Origin: a bacterium
GTDB lineage: Bacteria; UBA10199; 2-02-FULL-50-16; JAJFLM01
Assembly (NCBI GenBank): GCA_965216315.1
Contig: CBDCFN010000016.1
Coordinates: forward strand, 1,184,001 to 1,248,000
Reading direction: 5' to 3'
DNA length: 64,000 nt
The position numbers were made by a program, and so were the translations under genes. Each line of letters opens with the position of its first letter. Position 1 is the stretch's first letter. Below, in pieces: positions 29,947 through 41,380 of this stretch. Below the pieces are notes generated by a model. It was not told where the DNA came from, ran no database searches, and was given only the letters and a program-made list of their open reading frames with translations.

Positions 29947-30125
29947 AGATGGCATTCGATAAAAAATAGGTAGTTAGCGTTTATTGGGACCAGGGAAGGG
30001 TTTCAAGTTGAGACGCGCGAGTCTCGTTTTCGTACCTCCGTCTTGTGGCCATTGTGGCCATTTCTCCACCTTGCGGAACTGCCAATTTTCCCCTTGAGCT
30101 CCCCCGCATTCTCGACTAGCACTAA

Positions 30126-30524
30126 GTGACTATCAAAACCCCACCCTCACAACTAAGCACCCTCAACCACATCGCCCTCAAGGTCCGCGATCTTGCGGCC
30201 TGCACCGACTTCTATCACGGCATCCTTGGCCTGGAGCTCATCGAAAGGCAACAAAATGAGACCGGGGCCGAGCGAGCCGTTTGGTTTCGATTGGCGGACG
30301 GCATCCTCATGCTGGAAAGACAGGAGGAGGGGACTAAGGCTTCGATAGCGTCCGAAGCCGGCTGGCATTTGCTCGCGTTGACGATTCCGGAGACGTCACG
30401 TGACCAATGGAAAGACTACTTAAGCAGTCATGATATCTCGATCGCGCAGGAGAGCGCGTATTCGCTTTATTTTCGGGACCCCGAAGGCAATCGCGTGGCG
30501 TTGTCGCATTTTGCCTCAGCATGA
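30126..30524 (+). CDS. VOC/glyoxalase family protein
   Basis: LNHIALKVRDL..FYHGILGL, WHLLAL, SLYFRDPEGNRVAL. Confidence 0.9.
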   Translation: MTIKTPPSQLSTLNHIALKVRDLAACTDFYHGILGLELIERQQNETGAERAVWFRLADGILMLERQEEGTKASIASEAGWHLLALTIPETSRDQWKDYLSSHDISIAQESAYSLYFRDPEGNRVALSHFASA

Positions 30525-30525
30525 A

Positions 30526-30571
30526 GAGATAAGCCGGAGGTGAACTCCTTTTTGGAGGCTAACTTGTGGCC
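30526..30571. repeat. degenerate RAYT-associated repeat plus right-end remnant
   Basis: GAGATAAGCCGGAGGTGAACTCC ... CTTGTGGCC immediately after the VOC stop. Confidence 0.5.
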
Positions 30572-30574
30572 CTC

Positions 30575-31255
30575 TCATTTCATTAAACGCTGATCCTTAA
30601 GTCGATAAAGCGTTCTCTTTTCTTTCTGTGGGCGGATGAACTCTTTTAGCTGCGCTGGAGACATATCGATTTTAGCCGGACATTGCCCAGGAAAATCACG
30701 GATAAAATTTCGCTCTGGAACGTTAACAACGTTAAGATGCGATCTATCGGAATCGGATGCCATAACCATGCGAGGCACCTCTACAGTACTGCTTGATGGT
30801 GAGGTTTCCGAATTGTCCGTTTCTGTAGTTAGTTCGATGCGGTTAAAGGGTATGATGAATTGGCCTTCTTCCGTGATAATGGGAGACGTACTGAAACAAG
30901 AATGGTAGTTTTCACATAGGCAATTAAAAATCTGTTCAGAGAATGTTGCGTGAAGTCTTTCAAGACACATATTAAAGTATGCGACACGGCTTTCAGTCGT
31001 GTTTAGGCGGGCGATTTCTCTGTGGCAGTCCAGCATTCTTTGATAGCCGTCGGCGCCAATGACGCACCTCTCTGCAGACGCCCCTTTTTCCATACATTGC
31101 TCACGGTCCTTTCGCATAGCTTCAATGATGCTGGGCATTTCCAGCGGGGTGAGCCTTTTCAGATCTGGGCCTTGCGTTGGCGGAGCGGCTTGGCTCAAGG
31201 GGATAAAGGTAAGGCTTAGTAGGGCGGCAATAAATAGGGTTAGGGTGGTTCGCAT
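30575..31255 (-). CDS. hypothetical secreted Cys-containing protein
   Basis: signal peptide MRTTLTLFIAALLSLTFIPLSQA, RBS CAGGAG. Confidence 0.75.
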   Translation of the reverse strand: MRTTLTLFIAALLSLTFIPLSQAAPPTQGPDLKRLTPLEMPSIIEAMRKDREQCMEKGASAERCVIGADGYQRMLDCHREIARLNTTESRVAYFNMCLERLHATFSEQIFNCLCENYHSCFSTSPIITEEGQFIIPFNRIELTTETDNSETSPSSSTVEVPRMVMASDSDRSHLNVVNVPERNFIRDFPGQCPAKIDMSPAQLKEFIRPQKEKRTLYRLKDQRLMK

Positions 31256-31310
31256 CGGGGACTCCTGTTTGAAAGTTTTTGTGCTTACGGCTTTATAAGG
31301 GATTAGGTTG

Positions 31311-31374
31311 TGCAAATATTGTACCAAGAGTCGTGTAGCTAAATAAAAATAAATTCAGTAATATCAATAGCTTA
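31311..31374 (-). promoter_or_regulatory. sigma54 promoter with adjacent IHF site
   Basis: minus strand TGGTAC-AATAT-TTGCA (31311-31326); TATCAATAGCTTA (31362-31374) fits WATCAANNNNTTR. Confidence 0.6.
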
Positions 31375-31775
31375 TTGAGTAATTGATTAACATGGTTGTT
31401 ATCATTCTGATAATATTATCATTATGAGAAATAACTATTAAGGCGCGAGCCGGCGGTGCAGTCCCCTGGGGGCGAACTGCCAGCGGAGCGACCGGGGGAA
31501 ACAATGCGCGGCAATCTCAGCCCCAGGCTCAACCCGATACCTCAACTCATTCCTTTACGGCGGATACCTTGCTCCAGGGTATGATGCAGGTCGGTGGCGT
31601 GGATGTCGTTGGCGCCTTGGGTCCCGCTATGAGCTGAGCGTTGTGTCATGCGCGTTGGATCTGTCTTCGTCTTCTTGAAATTAACATCACTCTGCGATAT
31701 CTTCTCCCGCTAACGTGAGGCGGTCCGCACGATGAGCGCCGCCATCTAAGTCATCAAATAACGAGGGAGAGTCTC

Positions 31776-32144
31776 ATGGCAGAGCAAAAGAAAATATGTA
31801 TCGTCATCACCTCAGGAATGACCGATGAACGTTCGTCAGTCGCGTGGAGCATGGCCAACGGCGCCATCACGGCGGGGCTGGACGTGTCGGTATTTCTGGC
31901 CAGCGCCGGCATTGATTGGGTGCGAAAAGGCGCCGCCGACAAAGTGTGTTTGAACCCGCTTGATCCTCCGATGAAAGAGATGATCGACAAGGTGGTGAAC
32001 TCAGGCTGTCACATCGGGGTGTGTCCGCCCTGTACCGCGGTGAGAGGCTACGAACAAGCCGACCTGATCGATGGGATTGAAATCGTGGGGGCCTCGGCCA
32101 TTTGGAACCGCGTCAAAGAGGGTGCGGTCATTTTAAGTTACTAA
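31776..32144 (+). CDS. DsrE/DsrF-family protein
   Basis: VSVFLASAGIDWV, VCPPCTAVRGY, GIEIVGA. Confidence 0.8.
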   Translation: MAEQKKICIVITSGMTDERSSVAWSMANGAITAGLDVSVFLASAGIDWVRKGAADKVCLNPLDPPMKEMIDKVVNSGCHIGVCPPCTAVRGYEQADLIDGIEIVGASAIWNRVKEGAVILSY

Positions 32145-32169
32145 GGCAATTAAAAGGGCCGCTTAATCG

Positions 32170-33633
32170 CTAATACCGGATCAGCGAACAGCCACCGCTA
32201 CTCGCTTCGTCGCCGGTCCCACCGTCACCCGTCGGCGTGCAGACGGAGGGCTCGCCGGTACAGTCAAAGTCCGCCTCCACTTGGCACGTGGCATCGCAGC
32301 CGTCACCCGCTGCGGTGTTGCCATCATCACAGACTTCCCCGGCGTTGGTGTTGATTGAGCCGTCGCCACAGGCCGTGACCTCGTCGGCACCCATGTCGGG
32401 GGCGGAGCCGAGCGTACGCGGGTCACCGTCAATATCTTCAGTCGGAAGTTCAGGTGCGGCCGGATCTCCCTGGTCGATGAGCGGCGAGGTACTCTGGAGG
32501 TGCAAGTCTCCCGCGCTGGCATCGACAAAAAGCGGGTCAACATCGAGATTATTCATTGAGCTGATGGTCGAGGTGCAGCTTCCACTGTTACAGTCTTCCG
32601 AGAGATCTGAATAATTATTATTATGTATCGTGACGGTATTACCGATATTATTCGCATCATCGTCGCTGTTGAAAATGTCAATGTCGCCACCGGAAGTTGT
32701 GGCCGTATTTCCCCAGGCGATATTATTATAAATGTCGATATGTTGACTGTCGGCAGTGCTGAACGCTCTTAATCCGCCACCGAGATTGGAACTATTGTCG
32801 TGAACCGTATTGTGCGTGAACACTGCCGTTCCACCGGTCCCGAATAACATACCGGCCAATCCGCCACTGCTATTGTCGGCCGAATTTCCAAAGGCGATAT
32901 TATTGATTAGCGTCGCCGAGCCGGTATCGAAGGTGAGCATACCGGCCCCTCCGCCGTTATTGCCGGCATGGTTGCCATCAAAGATATTATTTTCAAGTGT
33001 TACCGAGCCGCTTGCGAAGCCAAGAAAAGCAGCTCCGCCACCGTTATTGTCGGCATCATTGCTCACGAAGTTATTGTGGCGGATAATTCCGGCGCCATCA
33101 TTGGTCAGCACGCCGAGGCCCCCGCCGTTATTGGTGGCTTTGCCGCCGGTGAAGCTACAGTGTTCAACTGTGACTGGCGCCTGCGTGGTGCCGATCAGTA
33201 AATTGCCACCATTGTTGGCTCCGCTGCCATCAACAAAGGAAATATGACGCACGGTGGTACTAGCCGCAGAATCATCAGATAGGCCGGACGTTATAATGCT
33301 CAGTCCTCTCGCGAGCATTCCGCCGTCGATTATCGTCTGACCGACGCCGGCCCCTTCGATGGTCAAGGCAAAGTTTTCTTCCGACAAGGCGGTCGCATCA
33401 GCGAGATAGCTGAAAGTTGCACCCGACGCATCGTAAGTCCCCGCCGCGATATTGATCGTATCCGCCTCGTCATTATCTTGTGCTGCGGTGAGGGCGGATT
33501 GCAGATCGCAGTCGTTATCCGTGCAGTCATTATCCGAAGTTTCAGTGACCGTAAAAGTCGCTGCGTGGGACGGAATGGCTGCCCATGCCATGACGGCACA
33601 ACCGAAAAAAAACGTTGCGATAAGTTTAAGCAT
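32170..33633 (-). CDS. secreted beta-helix protein with choice-of-anchor-Q-like segment, myxobacterial Cys-rich repeat and GGCSL C-terminus
   Basis: signal peptide; NNGGG repeats; DPLFVD..DLHLQSTSPLID..PDMGADE; CGDG..EVCDDGN..GDGCDATC. Confidence 0.8.
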   Translation of the reverse strand: MLKLIATFFFGCAVMAWAAIPSHAATFTVTETSDNDCTDNDCDLQSALTAAQDNDEADTINIAAGTYDASGATFSYLADATALSEENFALTIEGAGVGQTIIDGGMLARGLSIITSGLSDDSAASTTVRHISFVDGSGANNGGNLLIGTTQAPVTVEHCSFTGGKATNNGGGLGVLTNDGAGIIRHNNFVSNDADNNGGGAAFLGFASGSVTLENNIFDGNHAGNNGGGAGMLTFDTGSATLINNIAFGNSADNSSGGLAGMLFGTGGTAVFTHNTVHDNSSNLGGGLRAFSTADSQHIDIYNNIAWGNTATTSGGDIDIFNSDDDANNIGNTVTIHNNNYSDLSEDCNSGSCTSTISSMNNLDVDPLFVDASAGDLHLQSTSPLIDQGDPAAPELPTEDIDGDPRTLGSAPDMGADEVTACGDGSINTNAGEVCDDGNTAAGDGCDATCQVEADFDCTGEPSVCTPTGDGGTGDEASSGGCSLIRY

Positions 33634-33777
33634 GATAGGGCCCCTCCCCGGCGGTGAATTTATGTCGCGCTATTGTAGCAGAGGGCACAAAGGCAGAGCA
33701 ACACCGATTCCTCCCCATTTTCTCCAGTCATAACATACCTTGACAGCTCAGCCCGTTTTCTTGGATAAGAACCCCCT

Positions 33778-34872
33778 ATGACCGAAAAACGCGTCTATAA
33801 TTTCTCTGCCGGGCCCGCGACGCTGCCGCTGCCCGTGCTCAAACAAGCCCAAGAGGAATTTCTTTCCTATCAGGGCAGTGGGATGTCGGTCATTGAGATG
33901 AGCCATCGTTCCAGTTGGATTAGTGAGGTCTTTGAGCGGGCGGAGCAGAACCTGAGAACTCTCCTCAAGGTTCCGGATGACTATGATGTCTTGTTTCTGC
34001 AGGGCGGGGCGCGCCTGCAGTTCGCGATGATCCCGATGAACTTCTTAAACGACGGGCAGTCCGCGGATTACATCCTGACCGGGTCGTGGGGGAAGTATGC
34101 GCTCAAAGAAGCCAAGGGGATCGGCAAGGTCCGTCTGGCGTGGAGTGGCGAAGAAGACAATTTTAATCGGGTGCCGGCCGATGACGAACTGGATCTCGAT
34201 AAACAAGCGGCCTACGTGCATTACACCTCCAATGAAACGATTCAGGGCGTTGAATTCAGTACGGAACCTGCCTGTGCGGATGTGCCGTTGGTCTGTGACA
34301 TGTCCTCCGATTTTATCTCGCGACCGATCGATGTAAGCAAATACTCCCTGATCTACTCCGGAGCGCAAAAGAATGCCGGTCCGGCCGGCGTGACGATGGT
34401 CATCTTGAGAAAAGAACTCAAGGATCGCATTAAGGACGGCCTGCCGCAGATGCTCGACTATCGCGTCCATGCGGAGAAAAAATCGCTCTACAACACGCCG
34501 CCGGTCTTTTCCGTCTACATCGTCAGCCTCGTGACGCAATGGCTCTTAGATGAATTTGGTGGCCTTGATAAGGTCCAGGAGTTCAATCGAAAGAAGGCGG
34601 ATCTACTCTATAAGGTGATCGATGCGAGTGGCGGCTTTTATCGCGGGCACGCGGTCGAAGAAAGCCGTTCGCTGATGAACGTCGCCTGGCGTCTGCCGAG
34701 TGAAGAGTTGGAGCAACAATTCATCGCGGAAGCGAAGGCGGTCGACCTGCTCGAACTCAAGGGTCATCGGTCGGTCGGGGGCATTCGGGCCTCGATCTAT
34801 AATGCGATGCCGCTGGAAGGGGTTCAGGCCCTGACGGCTTTCATGCAGGCGTTCCAGCAAAAGAACGGCTAG
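33778..34872 (+). CDS. serC: phosphoserine aminotransferase
   Basis: YNFSAGPA, EMSHRS, LQGGA, GAQKNAGPAG, GHRSVGGIRASIYNA. Confidence 0.97.
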   Translation: MTEKRVYNFSAGPATLPLPVLKQAQEEFLSYQGSGMSVIEMSHRSSWISEVFERAEQNLRTLLKVPDDYDVLFLQGGARLQFAMIPMNFLNDGQSADYILTGSWGKYALKEAKGIGKVRLAWSGEEDNFNRVPADDELDLDKQAAYVHYTSNETIQGVEFSTEPACADVPLVCDMSSDFISRPIDVSKYSLIYSGAQKNAGPAGVTMVILRKELKDRIKDGLPQMLDYRVHAEKKSLYNTPPVFSVYIVSLVTQWLLDEFGGLDKVQEFNRKKADLLYKVIDASGGFYRGHAVEESRSLMNVAWRLPSEELEQQFIAEAKAVDLLELKGHRSVGGIRASIYNAMPLEGVQALTAFMQAFQQKNG

Positions 34873-34924
34873 TCCTCATCTTGACATCCCCGAGAATACA
34901 GGCTTTATTGGCGTCCTTCTTATT

Positions 34925-37806
<2,882 letters not shown>

Positions 37807-37870
37807 CAGACCCCCTCTCTTCCGCTATAACTTCCTTGAATGATTAGAGAAATTCCGGCATCATAGCTTT

Positions 37871-38944
37871 ATGCCCAAGACGGATGTCGCCTCCTTTAAA
37901 GTCAAATATCTGCAGATCCTCGACGCGGAAGGCAAATTGCTGGATGCCGCGCCCCCGGAGCTTTCGCCGGACCGCATGAAAGAGCTGTTTCGGATGATGG
38001 TTCTGATCCGCGAGTTGGATCGCCTGGCCGTTAATTACCAGCGCCAGGGTCGCATGGGGACCTATGCGCCGGTCGAGGGTCAGGAGGCCTGCCAGGTCGG
38101 GAGCGTGGCGGCGATGACGGATGATGACTGGGTTTTCCCGGCCTTTCGTGAGCAGGGCATGTTTTTGATGCGTGGGTTACCGATGCGGGCGATGTTGCTC
38201 TATTTCATGGGATGTGAAGAAGGGAATCGCGTTCCGGAGGGCAATAACACCTTTCCCGTCTCCGTTCCCGTCGCGTCGCAGATTCCTATCGCTGTCGGTT
38301 GTGCGATGGCGCTGAAATTGAAGAAACGACCCGGCGCGGCAATCACCTATTTTGGTGACGGCGCGACCTCGGAGGGTGATTTTGCAGAGGCACTTAATTT
38401 TGCCGCTGTTTATAAGACTCCCAATCTCTTTATCTGCCAAAACAATCAATGGGCCATCTCGGTACCGCGTTCCCTGCAATCCGCCTCTCAAACCTTGGCG
38501 CAAAAGGGAATCGCCTGTGGAGTAGAATCACTTCAGGTCGACGGGAATGATTTGCTAGCCGTATATGCCGCATCAAAAGCCGCGTTAGAGCGAGCTCGCA
38601 AAGGAGAGGGCGCTACATTTTTAGAGTTGGTAACTTATCGCCGACGCATGCACACGACCGCCGACGATCCCAAAAAATATCAGGATGAGAAAGAGCATGA
38701 AGAGCGCTTGAAGAACGATCCGGTACAGCGCTTCGGAAACTTCTTAAAGGATCACGGCATCATTGATGATGATTTTCAGGAAAGTATTCGGGCGGAAGCG
38801 GAAAAGACGATGAAAACCGAGTATGCGGCGGCGGAGGAGATCGCGAAGGGGATGAGTGTTGAGGATATTTTTAAGTACACTTACGAGCAGATGCCGGAGC
38901 ATTTGCGGAGACAACTGGAAGAGTTGAAGTCTTATGGCGATTGA
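37871..38944 (+). CDS. pdhA: 2-oxoacid (pyruvate or branched-chain) dehydrogenase E1 alpha
   Basis: GQEACQ, FGDGATSEG, NNQWAIS, HTTADDP. Confidence 0.88.
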   Translation: MPKTDVASFKVKYLQILDAEGKLLDAAPPELSPDRMKELFRMMVLIRELDRLAVNYQRQGRMGTYAPVEGQEACQVGSVAAMTDDDWVFPAFREQGMFLMRGLPMRAMLLYFMGCEEGNRVPEGNNTFPVSVPVASQIPIAVGCAMALKLKKRPGAAITYFGDGATSEGDFAEALNFAAVYKTPNLFICQNNQWAISVPRSLQSASQTLAQKGIACGVESLQVDGNDLLAVYAASKAALERARKGEGATFLELVTYRRRMHTTADDPKKYQDEKEHEERLKNDPVQRFGNFLKDHGIIDDDFQESIRAEAEKTMKTEYAAAEEIAKGMSVEDIFKYTYEQMPEHLRRQLEELKSYGD

Positions 38945-39929
38945 TTGGGACAAAGAACAAAAGAACATGGTTGAGGCGATCAACCAGGCGCAGTACGTCG
39001 CCCTCAAGGAGGACGCGGATGTCGTCGTCTTAGGAGAGGACGTCGGGGTCGATGGGGGGGTATTCCGGGCGACGGATGGTTTGATCGATGAGTTCGGCAA
39101 AGACCGCGTCATGGATACGCCGCTGGCGGAGGCGGCTATCGTCGCGACGTCGATCGGGATGGCCTTGGCGGGACTGAAACCTATTTGTGAAATTCAGTTT
39201 TCGGGTTTTATCTACCAGGCCTTTCATCAGATCGAGCAGCAAATGGCGCGGATTCGCCAGCGGACGCGCGGACGTTTCCATGTGCCGATGGTTTGTCGTG
39301 CGCCCTATGGCGGCGGGATACGGGCCCTCGAGCACCACTCCGAGAGTCGCGAGGCCTATTTTGCCCACACCCCGGGTTTGAAGGTCGTGATGCCCTCGAC
39401 GCCTTACGATGCGAAGGGTTTGTTGTTGGCCGCGGTGAAGGATCCGGATCCGGTCATTTATTACGAACCGAAGCGACTGTATCGGGCCTTTCGTGAGCAG
39501 GTGCCGAGTGGTTGGTATGAGGTCCCGATTGGCAAGGCTAAGCTGTTGCGCGAAGGCAAGGATCTGAGCCTGATTACCTGGGGGGCCTGCGTCGGCAATT
39601 GTATGGAAGCCGCCGAAGAATTGGCTGGGGAGGGCGTTAAGGTGGAAGTGATCGATGTCCGGACGATATCCCCCTTGGATTCGGATATGTTAGTCGAGTC
39701 GTTGAAGAAAACGCAACGCGCGGTGATTGTGCACGAAGCCAACCGCAGCTTTGGGCCGGGAGCCGAGATTATTACACGTCTGCAGGAGGAGGCCTTTCTC
39801 TACTTGAAAGCGCCGCTCCGTCGGGTTACAGGCTATGACGTGCACGTCCCGTATTTTGTCTTAGAAGAGGCCTACCTTCCCAGTACGCCCAAGGTGTTAC
39901 GGGCGGTGCGGGAAACTCTGGCATTTTAA
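38934..39929 (+). CDS. pdhB: 2-oxoacid dehydrogenase E1 beta
   Basis: GEDVGVDGGVFRAT, DTPLAE, EIQF, HHSES. Confidence 0.88.
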   Translation: MAIDWDKEQKNMVEAINQAQYVALKEDADVVVLGEDVGVDGGVFRATDGLIDEFGKDRVMDTPLAEAAIVATSIGMALAGLKPICEIQFSGFIYQAFHQIEQQMARIRQRTRGRFHVPMVCRAPYGGGIRALEHHSESREAYFAHTPGLKVVMPSTPYDAKGLLLAAVKDPDPVIYYEPKRLYRAFREQVPSGWYEVPIGKAKLLREGKDLSLITWGACVGNCMEAAEELAGEGVKVEVIDVRTISPLDSDMLVESLKKTQRAVIVHEANRSFGPGAEIITRLQEEAFLYLKAPLRRVTGYDVHVPYFVLEEAYLPSTPKVLRAVRETLAF

Positions 39930-39954
39930 TACTGTTTGTCATTGCGAGGAGCAC

Positions 39955-41211
39955 ATGAGTCTAGAATTTAAATTCGCCGACTTAGGTGAAGGCATCACTG
40001 AAGGAGAACTGGTCAAGTGGCTGGTCAAGGTCGGTGATCAGGTCAAAGAACATGATCCCGTCGCCGAAGTGGAGACGGATAAGGCTATCGTCGAAATTCC
40101 ATCTCCCTATAGTGGGGCCGTCGAAACCTTGAACTATGCGGAGGGCGACGTCGTCCATGTCGGTGATGTATTGATGACATTTACGGGAGCCGGTGAGGCG
40201 GCTGCCGCGCCCGCTGAGCAGGAGGCACTGCCTGAAGTAGCGGAAAAAGAAGCCGCGTCGCCAGCCGTACCGACCCCAACGCGTCCCTCCGGGATGCACT
40301 TACCCGCGTTAGCGAGTCCGCACACGCGGCGCTTAGCCCGCGAACTTGGGGTTGATATTGAACAGATCAAAGGAAGCGGTACGGGCGGCCGCGTCACCGA
40401 CGAAGATGTCCGTCGCGGACAGGAGACGGAACGAAGCGAAAAGGCGGCCGTCAAACACATCATCAAGTCCTCCGCGGATGAGGCCTTGAGTGTGGAGATG
40501 TTTTCCAAGTGGGGTGAGATCGAGCGCAAGCCCTTGAATAGTACCCGCCGCCATATTGCTCAGCACATGGTCCAGGCCCAGTTATTGACGGCACCGGTCA
40601 CGCATATCGATGAAGCGGATGTGGGCGATTTGGTCGATGTTCGCATGCAGATGAAAGAAAAGGCGGCAAAAAAGGGCGCCAAGCTCACCTATCTTCCCTT
40701 TATGATTCGTGCGGTTCAGACCGGTCTGCGAGATTTCCCTACCTTGAACGCGACGATCTTGGGCGACGAAATTATTTATAAGAAATATATCAATATTGGT
40801 TTTGCGGTCGAGACCGAAGAAGGCTTGTTGGTTCCGGTAATCAAGAATGTGGCGGACAAATCCTTGTTGGATCTTGCCGTTGAGTTGCAGGAATTGTCCG
40901 ACCGGGCGCGAAGCCGCAAGATCGATTTAGCGGACCTGAAGGGGAACTCCTTTACGATCACTAACTTGGGAAGCATCGGGGGTCGTTATTTCACGCCGAT
41001 CATCAATTACCCGGACAGTGCGATTCTAGGTTTTGGTCAAAGCTATGAAAAGCCGGTGGTGCGGGATGGTCAAGTCGTTGTCAGGCCGGTGATGAGTCTC
41101 AACCTGACCTTCGATCATCGTATCGCCGACGGCGCGACGGCCGCGCAATTTGTCAACCACGTCAAAGAACGGCTTGAAGATCCACAAGTGTTATTCATGG
41201 ATATAGATTGA
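39955..41211 (+). CDS. pdhC: dihydrolipoamide acyltransferase E2
   Basis: lipoyl ETDKA, E3-binding ASPHTRRLARE, catalytic DHRIADG. Confidence 0.9.
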   Translation: MSLEFKFADLGEGITEGELVKWLVKVGDQVKEHDPVAEVETDKAIVEIPSPYSGAVETLNYAEGDVVHVGDVLMTFTGAGEAAAAPAEQEALPEVAEKEAASPAVPTPTRPSGMHLPALASPHTRRLARELGVDIEQIKGSGTGGRVTDEDVRRGQETERSEKAAVKHIIKSSADEALSVEMFSKWGEIERKPLNSTRRHIAQHMVQAQLLTAPVTHIDEADVGDLVDVRMQMKEKAAKKGAKLTYLPFMIRAVQTGLRDFPTLNATILGDEIIYKKYINIGFAVETEEGLLVPVIKNVADKSLLDLAVELQELSDRARSRKIDLADLKGNSFTITNLGSIGGRYFTPIINYPDSAILGFGQSYEKPVVRDGQVVVRPVMSLNLTFDHRIADGATAAQFVNHVKERLEDPQVLFMDID

Positions 41212-41380
41212 CTATGACGGCTGTATGCAGCGCATACGGATTCCATAAGGAAGGGGTTACAGTTCGCGACAGCGGACGTCCTAGGGGAAACCTCGTTTCC
41301 CCTGGGAAATATGTGGAAGTTGCAGAAATGAATGAGATTTACGTGCATTGCGTAGCAATGCCCATGAGGTCAATGTAGCT

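Larger units (their letters stand above)
28969..30048. mobile_element. RAYT element bounded by inverted copies of CACAAGACGGAGGT
   Basis: left GACACAAGACGGAGGTAAGTTCCC (28969-28992), right TTTTCGTACCTCCGTCTTGTGG (30027-30048). Confidence 0.75.

Noticed and set aside
22648..30048. CRISPR array interpretation of the 24 bp repeats
   Set aside because: Spacing is irregular (about 150 bp to 3 kb), the intervals contain whole genes, some copies are inverted, and no cas genes are present.
21837..30571. Classical integron or prophage
   Set aside because: There is no IntI or phage gene. The repeats are not attC-like palindromes with RYYYAAC/GTTRRRY ends. A lone GTTAG near 24596 has no convincing partner.
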